In this document: positions 8,125 through 16,800 of the stretch, piece after piece
Layout of the letters: each line of letters starts with the position of its first letter
Position numbering within the stretch: the stretch's first letter is position 1
Assembly (NCBI RefSeq): GCF_000179635.2
Contig: NC_014833.1
Span: 1,230,001-1,262,000 of the forward strand
Reading direction: 5' to 3'
DNA: 32,000 nt
DNA from: Ruminococcus albus 7 = DSM 20455
GTDB lineage: Bacteria; Bacillota; Clostridia; Oscillospirales; Ruminococcaceae
Translations under genes and position numbers: made by a program
Notes under the pieces: generated by a model
The model's input: only the letters and a program-made list of their open reading frames with translations
Told to the model about the DNA's origin: nothing
Database searches by the model: none

Positions 8125-8787
8125 TTAACGATCCTGCCGTCTGACATGGTTATGATGAGGGTCGCACTGTTTGGCAATATTTTCATCATGGGTTATTATT
8201 ATCATCGTCTGCCCTAGTTTAAGATTAGAGGTCCTGAGCAGTTTGATTATCTCGGCGGAGTTTTTACTGTCAAGATTTCCCGTAGGTTCATCTGCAAGTA
8301 TAACATCGGGTGAAGTAAGAAGTGCTCTGCCAATGGATACTCTCTGCTGCTGTCCGCCCGAAAGCTGCGAAGGAAGATGTCCGCGCCTTTCCTTGATATC
8401 CATTAGCTCCAGCATTTCCTCGACCTTTTTCTGATCGGGCTTTTTGCCGTCCATTATGCAGGGAAGGGTCATATTCTCCTCTGCGGTAAGTACGGGTATA
8501 AGGTTGTAGAACTGATATATAAGTCCTACTCTTCGCCGCCTGAATATGGCCAGCTCCTTGTTTGACTGTTCATATACGTCTGTGTCGTCCAGCAGTACCT
8601 TGCCGGAAGTAGGTCGGTCAACACCGCCTAGTATATGCAGCAGGGTAGATTTGCCCGAGCCTGATGCACCTATGATAGCAGCCATCTGTCCTTTCGGTAC
8701 AGTAAAGCTGACGTTATCTACTGCTTTCACAATGTTTTCGCCGTTTCCGTATGTTTTGCAGATCGCTTCGGCTGTAAGTGATGCCAT
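8125..8787 (-). CDS. ABC transporter ATP-binding protein (MacB/LolD-type); the C-terminus appears frameshifted
   Basis: ORF track 8125..8787(-). Motifs read: Walker A GASGSGKST, Q-loop, signature LSGGQQQRVSIGRAL, Walker B VILADEPTGNLD, H-loop ITHD. The tail ...KQCDPHHNHVRRQDR is atypical. The adjacent frame encodes LIITMSDGRIVKDELTNSGR and ends at 8097 (see findings). Confidence 0.85.
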   Translation of the reverse strand: MASLTAEAICKTYGNGENIVKAVDNVSFTVPKGQMAAIIGASGSGKSTLLHILGGVDRPTSGKVLLDDTDVYEQSNKELAIFRRRRVGLIYQFYNLIPVLTAEENMTLPCIMDGKKPDQKKVEEMLELMDIKERRGHLPSQLSGGQQQRVSIGRALLTSPDVILADEPTGNLDSKNSAEIIKLLRTSNLKLGQTMIIITHDENIAKQCDPHHNHVRRQDR

Positions 8788-8821
8788 GATACTGTTCCTC
8801 CTTATGATATATATAATAAAT

Positions 8822-8850
8822 ATTATAGCACAATCCGGCGATCATTTCAA
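8822..8850 (-). promoter_or_regulatory. Candidate sigma-70 promoter TTGAAA-17-TATAAT for the ABC operon
   Basis: Minus strand: TTGAAA (comp 8850..8845), 17-nt spacer, TATAAT (comp 8827..8822). The 6-2-6 palindrome ATCATT-TC-AATGAT (8841-8854) overlaps the -35 element. Confidence 0.6.
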
Positions 8851-9060
8851 TGATTTTCAACAAAAAAATCATATTTTCAGGTAAATCCTCGGCCATGAAG
8901 GACATACTGTATTGAGTGCGTAGTTATACGCAAAAAAACTCGGGACGATGCTTAACAAGCTTTATCATCCCCAATCAGAAAGAGTATGCTGAAAGATCAT
9001 TATGATCTTATATGATAAATGCCCCGAAGGGTATGGGTTGTGCTTATAAAGAAGTTTTAA

Positions 9061-9107
9061 GCCATAGTATTTCTGATCTTAAGTCAGAAGTACTATGGCG
9101 TTTTTTA
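9061..9107 (+). terminator. Orphan rho-independent terminator-like hairpin
   Basis: A 16-bp stem pairs GCCATAGTATTTCTGA with TCAGAAGTACTATGGC (one G-U pair), followed by GTTTTTT. No plus-strand gene lies upstream of it. Confidence 0.6.
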
Positions 9108-9136
9108 TTGACAATGCAGCGATGCTATGTTATAAT
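9108..9136 (+). promoter_or_regulatory. Perfect consensus sigma-70 promoter TTGACA-17-TATAAT
   Basis: TTGACA 9108-9113, exactly 17 nt, TATAAT 9131-9136. It lies 54 nt upstream of ATG 9190. Confidence 0.8.
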
Positions 9137-9189
9137 TGCTACTAATATATATCGGGATTGATTTATATTCGATGAATAGGGGAAAAGCT

Positions 9190-10161
9190 ATGAAAATAGA
9201 AACAGGTTCAACAATAGGCGTTTTCAGCCCGTCGTGGTGCATCACAAATGAAGCGCCGGAAGCTGCTGCTCGTGCAGAGAATTATATTCGCTCCCAGGGT
9301 TTTAATGTAAAGCACGGCAAGCTATGGGGAAAGGCAGATGCATACGTTTCAGGCTCACCAGAAGAAAGAGCTGATGAATTCAATGCGTTGCTTCACGATC
9401 CCGAGGTCCGTATACTTATGGCGAGTGTCGGCGGTCAGGTGACAAACGGTATGCTCCCGTACATTGATTATGAATTCTACGCGGAAAACCCGAAACCCGT
9501 TGTAGGTATGTCGGATGTGACGGCGCTGCTGATGGCAATTTATACGAAAACAGGCGTACCCACATATTACGGCTCGAACTTTGTAACAAGCTATGCAAGG
9601 CTCAGTCCGTATCGGGATATCGCCTTAAAAAGCCTTTGCGATGTGCTGAACTTTGAAGAATGCCACAAATATTTTTTCCCCGAATACTATTCTGACGACG
9701 TTATAGAATGGTCGCAGGAATTAACCGAGGAAAAGTGTATCCCAAATGAGATTATAACTCTGAGCGGCGGAAAGGTATCGGGCAGACTTATCGGCGGGAA
9801 CCTGTATACTATCGGAAATATATGGGGTACCCCATATATGCCGGAAATACGCAAGGGTGATATTCTGTTCATTGAAGATACCGAGGAGTGGGCGTGCAGC
9901 CTGGAACGAACATTGGCTCAGTTGAAAATCTGCGGTGTTTTCGACATGATTGGAGGGCTTATCATCGGGAAATGCAGGCAATTTCAGCATTACGGGACAG
10001 AGAAAACGTATTATGAGTTTATATACGATTATCTGAACGGACCGAATTATCCCGTGCTTGCCGAGTGTGATTTTAGCCATTGTGCACCCATGCTGACACT
10101 GCCTATCGGAATCACGGCTAAGCTGGATGCCGATGCCCAAACGATAGAATTGGTAAGATAA
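9190..10161 (+). CDS. Peptidase S66 family (LD-carboxypeptidase LdcA / microcin C7 immunity MccF-like), 323 aa
   Basis: ORF track 9136..10161(+). The start is trimmed to ATG 9190 (MKIETGSTIGVFSPS), which lies downstream of the promoter. Ser-Glu-His triad candidates are VVGMSDVTALL, FIEDTEEW and DFSHCAPMLTLPIG. Confidence 0.8.
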   Translation: MKIETGSTIGVFSPSWCITNEAPEAAARAENYIRSQGFNVKHGKLWGKADAYVSGSPEERADEFNALLHDPEVRILMASVGGQVTNGMLPYIDYEFYAENPKPVVGMSDVTALLMAIYTKTGVPTYYGSNFVTSYARLSPYRDIALKSLCDVLNFEECHKYFFPEYYSDDVIEWSQELTEEKCIPNEIITLSGGKVSGRLIGGNLYTIGNIWGTPYMPEIRKGDILFIEDTEEWACSLERTLAQLKICGVFDMIGGLIIGKCRQFQHYGTEKTYYEFIYDYLNGPNYPVLAECDFSHCAPMLTLPIGITAKLDADAQTIELVR

Positions 10162-10197
10162 ATTATGAATTGTTTTAGCGGCCGTATAAAATAGAAT

Positions 10198-10227
10198 GCC
10201 CCTAAGCACTTTGAAGTGCTTAGGGGC
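10198..10227. terminator. Hairpin between convergent genes (probable bidirectional terminator)
   Basis: A perfect 12-bp stem pairs GCCCCTAAGCAC with GTGCTTAGGGGC around the loop TTTGAA. The minus-strand side is followed by ATTCTATTTTAT. Confidence 0.7.
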
Positions 10228-10273
10228 AAAACTTCTATATGGGTATCCCTCTTAACTTTCGGGGGCATTTATA

Positions 10274-11386
10274 TCATGCGGTTACAAGGCACGCATTCAG
10301 CTTTGAGAGAATGTCTGCTTTCTTATAGTCTTTTCCTATGAAAACAAGCTGGTTTATGCGGTCACCGTATTTATCATCCCAATCGTCTTTAAGATCGGGA
10401 TAAGCCTGAAGCATGGCATCGACTTCTTCCTGTGGGCAGGATGCGAGCCATTCATTCAGCTCTGTCACGCTTGCATTTCTTCCTGCCTGCTCAAACAGCT
10501 GTATATGTACATCATCATCCGCGAACCACATATACCCTTTTGTGCGTATAAGTTCTGTCGGGTACTCATCCACCAGTGCCATGAATTTATCACGGTCAAA
10601 TGGGCGTACTTCCTCATAAACAAATGAAGTTATACCGTATTCGTCCATACACGCTTCCTTGTCATTCGGTTCGTTGGTGTTGAGTGCACGCTGTACCGAT
10701 GATGATGCCATTACCGAATGGTAGTCGAATTCCTTGCCGTGAAGTATCTTGTCTGTATCCACTACGCTGTTAACTGCGGGGATTATCTCCGCTTCGGACT
10801 GTATGTCACGGATAGCCTTTGTTACTTCTTCTATCTGTCTTTCACAAAGAAGGTCGGTCTTGTTGAGTATGACCAGGTCGCAGAACTCTATCTGGTCTAT
10901 GATAAGATTGATTATATCTCCCTCTTCGGTGTCGTTCTCCATGGATATCTCACGAAGGAATTCGTTATATATGCGGTCAGCGTCCACAACGGAAACAACG
11001 GAACTCAGGTAAACATTGGTATCGGGATTATCCTCGGTATATATCACGAAAGATGCTGCTATATTGGAGGGTTCGCTTATGCCCGATGCTTCAACGAATA
11101 CTGCTTCAATATCGGGCAGCTGAGATATACGTTCTATCTCAGCGATGAATTCATCACGGAGGGTGCAGCATATACAACCGTTCTGAAGTTCTACCATTTC
11201 TACGGAAGAAACGCGGTCGCGGTTCTTGTTAAGCAGAGCGGCATCTATATTGACACTGCCCATATCGTTAACGATAAGTGCTATCTTGCGCTGTTCCTGT
11301 TTCAGAAGATTCTGCATAAGTGTGGTTTTTCCCGAACCGAGATAACCTGTTATAAGAATTACGGGGATCTTTTTGTTGTTATTCAT
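10274..11386 (-). CDS. COG0523-family (CobW/YciC/ZigA-like) metallochaperone GTPase, 370 aa
   Basis: ORF track 10274..11398(-). Motifs read: Walker [18 protein letters not shown], metal-binding CxCC motif [11 protein letters not shown], and NKTD. I prefer ATG 11386 (GAGGTG RBS). The alternative ATG 11398 overlaps the upstream stop as ATGA. Confidence 0.85.
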   Translation of the reverse strand: MNNNKKIPVILITGYLGSGKTTLMQNLLKQEQRKIALIVNDMGSVNIDAALLNKNRDRVSSVEMVELQNGCICCTLRDEFIAEIERISQLPDIEAVFVEASGISEPSNIAASFVIYTEDNPDTNVYLSSVVSVVDADRIYNEFLREISMENDTEEGDIINLIIDQIEFCDLVILNKTDLLCERQIEEVTKAIRDIQSEAEIIPAVNSVVDTDKILHGKEFDYHSVMASSSVQRALNTNEPNDKEACMDEYGITSFVYEEVRPFDRDKFMALVDEYPTELIRTKGYMWFADDDVHIQLFEQAGRNASVTELNEWLASCPQEEVDAMLQAYPDLKDDWDDKYGDRINQLVFIGKDYKKADILSKLNACLVTA

Positions 11387-11394
11387 ACTGCACC

Positions 11395-12987
11395 TCATTT
11401 CAGAACGCCTGCAAGAACATCATAGTTTTTCTGCATAAGTGATATGTAGCTTGCACCGCCTGCGATATCGTCCTGTGATACTGACTGTAGTGAATTCAGT
11501 TCAGCGATCTCTACACCTTTACCTGATGTGCTTATGATAGTTTCAGCAATATCCTTGCTTGAATTTTCAAGTGTGAAGATAGTCTTGCAATCAAGCTCAT
11601 TGATTTTATCGGCAAGGAAAGAGATAGTTTCAAAGCTTGCTTCGGTTTCAGCCGAGCAGCCGATGAATGCTGCATAGTAATCAAGACCGTAATCATCAAC
11701 GAAGTAGCGGAAGGGGAATCTGTCACCGAAAATAAGTGTATTTACAGAAGAATTATCGACCAGTGTACTGAAGCTGTTATCAAGTTCATCAAGCTTTGCG
11801 GCATAGCTGTCAAGGTTAGCCCTGTAATCAGCGGCATTAGCTGAGTCTATAGCCTCTATATTTTTCTCTATCTCAGCACAGAGGATCTTTGCGTTTTTGA
11901 CAGACAGCCATACGTGCTCGTCGTATTCTTCCTCGCCCTCTTCGTGTTCATGCTCGTGTTCGTCTTCTTCATGATCCTTGTCATGACCTGCAAGGTGATC
12001 GCAGATCTCCTCGCCGCTCATATCAGCGGGGAAGAATGTAGGCCAGTATTTTTCGGGATCAACAATAGCATCATAGCTTTCGTTGCTCATTCTCAGGTGG
12101 AAATGCTCAGCCTTGGCAGGTTCGATCATGTGATCATTGATCTCGATATAAACAGGTGCGCCTGATCCTTTATCCTCAGCTTCAAAGCGGTACATTGCGC
12201 CTCTTGTTCCGCTTGACCAATCCTGTATGAAGTAGCCTGTATACTTATAATCAGAGCTTACAGTTTTTCCGTTATCATAGGTATATGTGATATTGTCACC
12301 GTCTATCTTTACTGACTTTATGTCTGTTTCATAGCCGGTCTTGTAGTATTCCTTGTACTCCTCGGCGGTCATTTTTCCCTTTGTTTCAGCCATCGCATCC
12401 CATGCTTCATCGAGTGTACCATCGAGTACGAACGGATACGGAGACTGCCATTCGCCTGCCCAGTCAGAAAGACTTCTGTCCTTTACTTCATCGTCCTCAA
12501 AGGTGGATACTTCCTTGCTGTGTTCATGATCGTGTTCATGCTCATGTTCGTCCTCCTGCATACCCTCCTTCAGTTCTTCCACTTTGGCGGAATCCCCGAG
12601 AACTTCCATGAGATCAATGACTTTCATATCCTTGTTCTGCGGATCTTTAAGAACATCTGTTACCCACTCATCCGATTCTCCGCCTACATATATAAACAGG
12701 TCACAGGTAGTTATTTTCAGTATATCTTCAGTAGTCGGCTGATAGCTGTGAAGATCCACACCGTTATCCAGAAGATAGGTGAGCTCGACATTATCAGCGT
12801 GATCGCCAAGTATCTCCTTTATCCAGTCATACTCAGGGAATATAGTGCATACTACACTGAAAGTCTCTGTATCGGATGCAGTCTTTTTATTATTATCTGA
12901 AGCTTTTGCAGCAGTGCCGCAGCTTGTTATACCGGTCATTGTCATAGCTATTGCAAGAGCATAAATAGCTGTTTTTTTCTTGAACAT
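11395..12987 (-). CDS. Zinc ABC-type substrate-binding lipoprotein (ZnuA/AdcA family) with a ZinT/YodA domain inserted in the His-rich loop, 530 aa
   Basis: ORF track 11395..13107(-). The start is trimmed to ATG 12987 ([24 protein letters not shown], lipobox ITSC, GGAGG RBS). The ZnuA lobes carry DLHSYQPT and [10 protein letters not shown]. They are interrupted by [15 protein letters not shown]...[10 protein letters not shown]...[20 protein letters not shown]...YWPTFFP, which tracks E. coli ZinT almost motif for motif. The insert is flanked by [12 protein letters not shown] and [16 protein letters not shown]. Confidence 0.85.
   Translation of the reverse strand: MFKKKTAIYALAIAMTMTGITSCGTAAKASDNNKKTASDTETFSVVCTIFPEYDWIKEILGDHADNVELTYLLDNGVDLHSYQPTTEDILKITTCDLFIYVGGESDEWVTDVLKDPQNKDMKVIDLMEVLGDSAKVEELKEGMQEDEHEHEHDHEHSKEVSTFEDDEVKDRSLSDWAGEWQSPYPFVLDGTLDEAWDAMAETKGKMTAEEYKEYYKTGYETDIKSVKIDGDNITYTYDNGKTVSSDYKYTGYFIQDWSSGTRGAMYRFEAEDKGSGAPVYIEINDHMIEPAKAEHFHLRMSNESYDAIVDPEKYWPTFFPADMSGEEICDHLAGHDKDHEEDEHEHEHEEGEEEYDEHVWLSVKNAKILCAEIEKNIEAIDSANAADYRANLDSYAAKLDELDNSFSTLVDNSSVNTLIFGDRFPFRYFVDDYGLDYYAAFIGCSAETEASFETISFLADKINELDCKTIFTLENSSKDIAETIISTSGKGVEIAELNSLQSVSQDDIAGGASYISLMQKNYDVLAGVLK
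11985..12483 (-). other. ZinT (YodA-like) domain-coding insert inside the ZnuA-family gene
   Basis: Boundaries were read from the translation. The His/Glu run coded at ~12510-12560 precedes the insert and the second run at ~11915-11985 follows it. Confidence 0.75.
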
Positions 12988-13090
12988 AAATATTGATCCT
13001 CCGAAATAAATAATCGCATAATACTGATCGGGCATAAATACCCTTTTACGATGTCTGTGTGTTTTTCTGACATTGTCTGAGTGTCGGTCA

Positions 13091-13393
13091 TCAATCCAGA
13101 AGCTCAACTTTCAGAGATATAAGGGTGTTGTGTGCAGGACGTGATCTTATGATGACCCTGCAGGACACAGTGATAATGCAGAGTAAAAGACTAAGCTTTA
13201 ATGCTCCTGCAACTGCTGTACCGAGAGTATTGATCATCTTATGGCACTGTGCAAGCTCGTAACATACAGAGCAGCCGTCACCAGTACAGTCATGATCTGC
13301 CTTCATTATTATAAAACAGGATGAGCCTATAATTACAAAACCGAATAATATAAGTATCAGTAATGTTACGATCCTTTTCATGTAACCTTTCAC
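13091..13393 (-). CDS. Small two-TM membrane protein with an extracytoplasmic Cys/His-rich loop (HDCTGDGCSVCYELAQCH), ~100 aa, unknown function
   Basis: ORF track 13091..13429(-). I prefer GTG 13393, which lies 8 nt after GGAGG (comp 13406..13402); ATG 13381 is an alternative. TM1 is IVTLLILILFGFVIIGSSCFIIM, the loop is KADHDCTGDGCSVCYELAQCHK, and TM2 is AVAGALKLSLLLCIITVSC. It is the first gene of the ZnuA-ZinT/COG0523 operon. Confidence 0.6.
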   Translation of the reverse strand: MKGYMKRIVTLLILILFGFVIIGSSCFIIMKADHDCTGDGCSVCYELAQCHKMINTLGTAVAGALKLSLLLCIITVSCRVIIRSRPAHNTLISLKVELLD

Positions 13394-13435
13394 TGTGCTC
13401 ACCTCCGCGAATATGATAATAACTCTCAATTTAAT

Positions 13436-13464
13436 ATTATAATTTGAAAGGATAGAATTGTCAA
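13436..13464 (-). promoter_or_regulatory. Perfect consensus sigma-70 promoter TTGACA-17-TATAAT for the zinc operon
   Basis: Minus strand: TTGACA (comp 13464..13459), 17-nt spacer, TATAAT (comp 13441..13436). Confidence 0.8.
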
Positions 13465-13779
13465 TGATTTCATATCAGATTCTACATCTTTGCTAAAATG
13501 AGAGCTACTCTCATATTTTTACTATTTATTTTTGACAGTATTACAGTGAACAGAACGGTGTAAGAATAACTCCGTAAGCAGGCATATATGACAGTATTTT
13601 GGGATCCGGGAACGAATGGCCTTGATCAACAAAAAAAAGTGATTCGCCATACGTATTTATGTTGCAGGGATTGGTGTTTTTGTCACGACATTATATCAAT
13701 ATATGTCAATATTGATATATTAAACTGTTGCAAAAATGTTAAAAGTTATAATCTATAAAATGAACAGTCTTGCAATCCA

Positions 13780-13808
13780 TTGACAAATTTAATCAACAAT
13801 GATATAAT
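13780..13808 (+). promoter_or_regulatory. Perfect consensus sigma-70 promoter TTGACA-17-TATAAT for the pectinase gene
   Basis: TTGACA 13780-13785, 17-nt spacer, TATAAT 13803-13808. The track's TTG 13780 start coincides with the -35 element and is therefore spurious. Confidence 0.8.
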
Positions 13809-13884
13809 TTTTTTGGTTAGATTATTAGACATAATCAATATGTCTGAACCAGTGGTGTATTTAGATCTAAGGAGGGATCGAGTT

Positions 13885-16800
13885 ATGAAAAGATCAACTA
13901 GGGGTGCAGCTTGTGTGCTGCTTGCAGCAGGAATGCTGGCATCAACAGCGACACCGCTTCTGCCGAATATTCAGATGAGTATAGTGGCAAATGCGGGTGA
14001 GAATGATTTCAGCTGGAGTACCTATTCAAAAAAGGATTCATCATGGTGGAAAAGTTCAGAAGCGACCGCGCTTGCTGATGAGATGATAGCTTATCAGCTT
14101 TCGGACGGCGGCTGGCGCAAGGATATGAAAACGGCTACAACAGGTTCGTGGAACAAATCCACTATAGATAATAACGCTACATGGGGACAGATAAGGTTCC
14201 TTGCAAGCGTATACAACGCTACAGGTACCCAGAAGTATAAGACTGCGTGTCTGAAGGGTCTGGATCTGCTTATAAACGGACAGTATTCCAACGGCGGTTG
14301 GCCTCAGGTGTTCAACGATGCAGGTACATATCATGCACATATTACCTATAATGACAGTGCTATGGTGCAGGTGCTGAAGATCATGCTTGAAGTATCCCAG
14401 AAGTCGGGTGCTTTCTCGTGGGTGGACAGCAGCTATCAGAGCAAGGCAGAAAATGCAGTTAACAAGGGTATAAACTGTATCCTCAATACACAGATAAAGA
14501 TAAACGGAACTCTTACGGCATGGGGTCAGCAGCATGATGAATACACTCTTGCTCCCGCAGCAGCCAGAGCTTATGAGCTGCCGTCGGTATGTACTTCAGA
14601 GAGTGCAGGCGTAGTTGATTTTCTCCGTTCACTTCCCGATTCAAAGAAGAGTGCAGATGTTATACGCAGTATAAATGCTGCAGTCAGGTGGTTTGATTCA
14701 GTAAAGATCGAGAATAAAAAGTGGGACTGGAATTCTGATAAGTCGGATAAAGTACTGACCACATCCAGCGGTTCAACTATATGGGCGCGTTTCTATGATC
14801 TTACTTACTCCAAGCCTTTGTTTGCAGACCGTGACGGCAAGGCGTATACAGATGTTACACAGATAAGTCAGGAGCGCAGAACAGGATATTCGTGGTACGG
14901 AACATGGTGTGCCAATAATATCAAGCTCGGCACTCTGCCCGAACCTTCAGGTTCTACCCAGCAGACACAGGGTACACATTTGTATGTCGGCTACAGCAAT
15001 AAGTCTAACAACTATAATACAATACAGGCGGCTGTAAATGCAGCAGCTTCCAAGAATCCTTCTTCCGAGCAGACCCGTGTGAGCATACATATCGCACCCG
15101 GTACTTACCGTGAGCAGGTGCGCATAAATACACCGTATATCAGCCTGATCAACGACGAGCCTTCAAAGGAAGTAAAGATCACCTGGTATTACGGTATCGG
15201 CTACAAGTACTACAGCATGGGCAGTGACGGTTATTATAATGCTACCAATGCGAAGAATAAGTCATCTAAGGGTGAAGCTACCCGCTGGGGAAGTGCAGTT
15301 GCCCTCCATACCAATGCTTCTCACTTCCGTGCTGAGTATATCACATTTGAAAACTCATTCAACCGTTATGTTACCGATGAAGAGATCTCGGACGGTGTTC
15401 AGGTGTCCGGCAGTGAGTCTATAACTTTCCAGCGTTACAAGGGCGCTGATGTTAAGAGCAAGACCGCTACCGAGCGTGCAGCTGCTATCGCTATCGAGGG
15501 CGATTACAGTGAGTTTTACAAGTGTAATTTCCTGGGAAGCCAGGATACGCTGTTCACAAGGGGCGCACACGAATACTTCCGCGAGTGCCGCATAGAAGGC
15601 AACACAGATTATATCTTCGGTCAGGGCACCTGTATTTTCCAGAAATGTGACCTTGTATGGGCAGGCTATACCGACAAGTCTGTCGGCGGTTACATCACAG
15701 CTGCAAAGAGTGACGGAAAGTACCTGTTCTCAGACTGTAACGTATATGGCACAAGCGGCATGAAGGTAGGCTCGGGATACTTCGGCAGACCATGGGGCGC
15801 TGATGCAGATGTTGCGTTCGTAAATACAAAGCTGTCCTCGGAAAGCATGATAACCTCTGCCGGATGGACAAGCATGAGCGGAAATCAGCCCGAAAATGCA
15901 AGATTCAAGGAATACAACACAACTGTTAACGGCAGTGCTGTTAATACTTCGGGCCGTGTTTCGGGTACAGTAAGGTCCTCCGCGAGCGGACTGGATGTAA
16001 ATACATATTTAAGCGGCTGGAGCCCATATTATTATACGAATGCAAGTTCATCCTATCAGCCTGTGGCTATAAACGGAAAACTCGTAAAAGATCTGATCGT
16101 CAATGACGGTGAGAACGCTTACGACTGGTCTGTTGGTTATGGTTTCGGATATGGCTCAATGCTGTTCGGTGACCGTGATTTCACAGCACTGAATGTACCG
16201 TCTTATCTTAACAATGCAGAAGTTATCAGAACTGCCTGTGATTCCAAGAATGTCACATCCGACCTCGGATACTTTACAGCAGCATCTGATATTACTGTAT
16301 ATACAGCTGTTGACAGCCGTATTACAGGAAGTCTGCCGTCATGGCTCTCGGGCTGGACTAAGACAGGTGATGTTATAACCACATCAAATGACCTGACTAT
16401 GGAGCTGTTCAAAAAGACCTTTACATCGGGCAGCAAGATCACTCTCGGAACCAACGGCGTTTCAACAGGCTGCGTAAACTATATCGTACTTATGACAGAG
16501 AATGCTCCTGAGCCCCTGAACGGAAAGCTCATCAGAAATCTTGTCGTCAATGATACTGAAAATGCTTCAGACTGGTCTATCCGCTATGACATTAACAATG
16601 GTTCACAGATCTTCGGTGACCGTGATTTCACAGTACAGGGAGTACCAAGCAATCTGATAAATGCAGAAACTATCCGTACTGCCTGCGATTCCAAGATGTT
16701 CACATCAGATCTTGCAACATTTACAGCAGGTGCAGATACAACACTCTATGTAGCGGTAGATACCAGAGTAAATAGTCAGCTCAGCTGGCTGAACTCGTGG

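Noticed and set aside
9721-10268. Minus-strand ORFs 9721..10209 and 10047..10268 (also 9416..9598, 9687..9872)
   Set aside because: They are antisense to the S66 peptidase gene and run across the intergenic terminator hairpin.
10718-11425. 235-aa plus-strand ORF (and 10413..10619, 10749..11012)
   Set aside because: They are antisense to the COG0523 GTPase gene, which has clear Walker A and CxCC motifs.
13428-13445. AT-rich quasi-palindrome AATTTAATATTATAATTT at the zinc operon -10 region as a Zur box
   Set aside because: It is imperfect, coincides with the TATAAT hexamer itself and lacks the GTAAT/ATTAC core of known Firmicute Zur boxes. It cannot be distinguished from AT-rich promoter sequence.
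13588-13758. Unlisted 56-codon Cys-rich sORF (MTVFWDPGTNGLDQQKKVIRHTYLCCRDWCFCHDIISIYVNIDILNCCKNVKSYNL) in the zinc operon/pectinase intergenic region
   Set aside because: It has no convincing RBS (only AGCAGG) and no -10 element at the right spacing from the nearby TTGACA (13532-13537). It reads straight through the 28-bp palindrome. It is probably a chance open frame, though Ribo-seq could revisit this.
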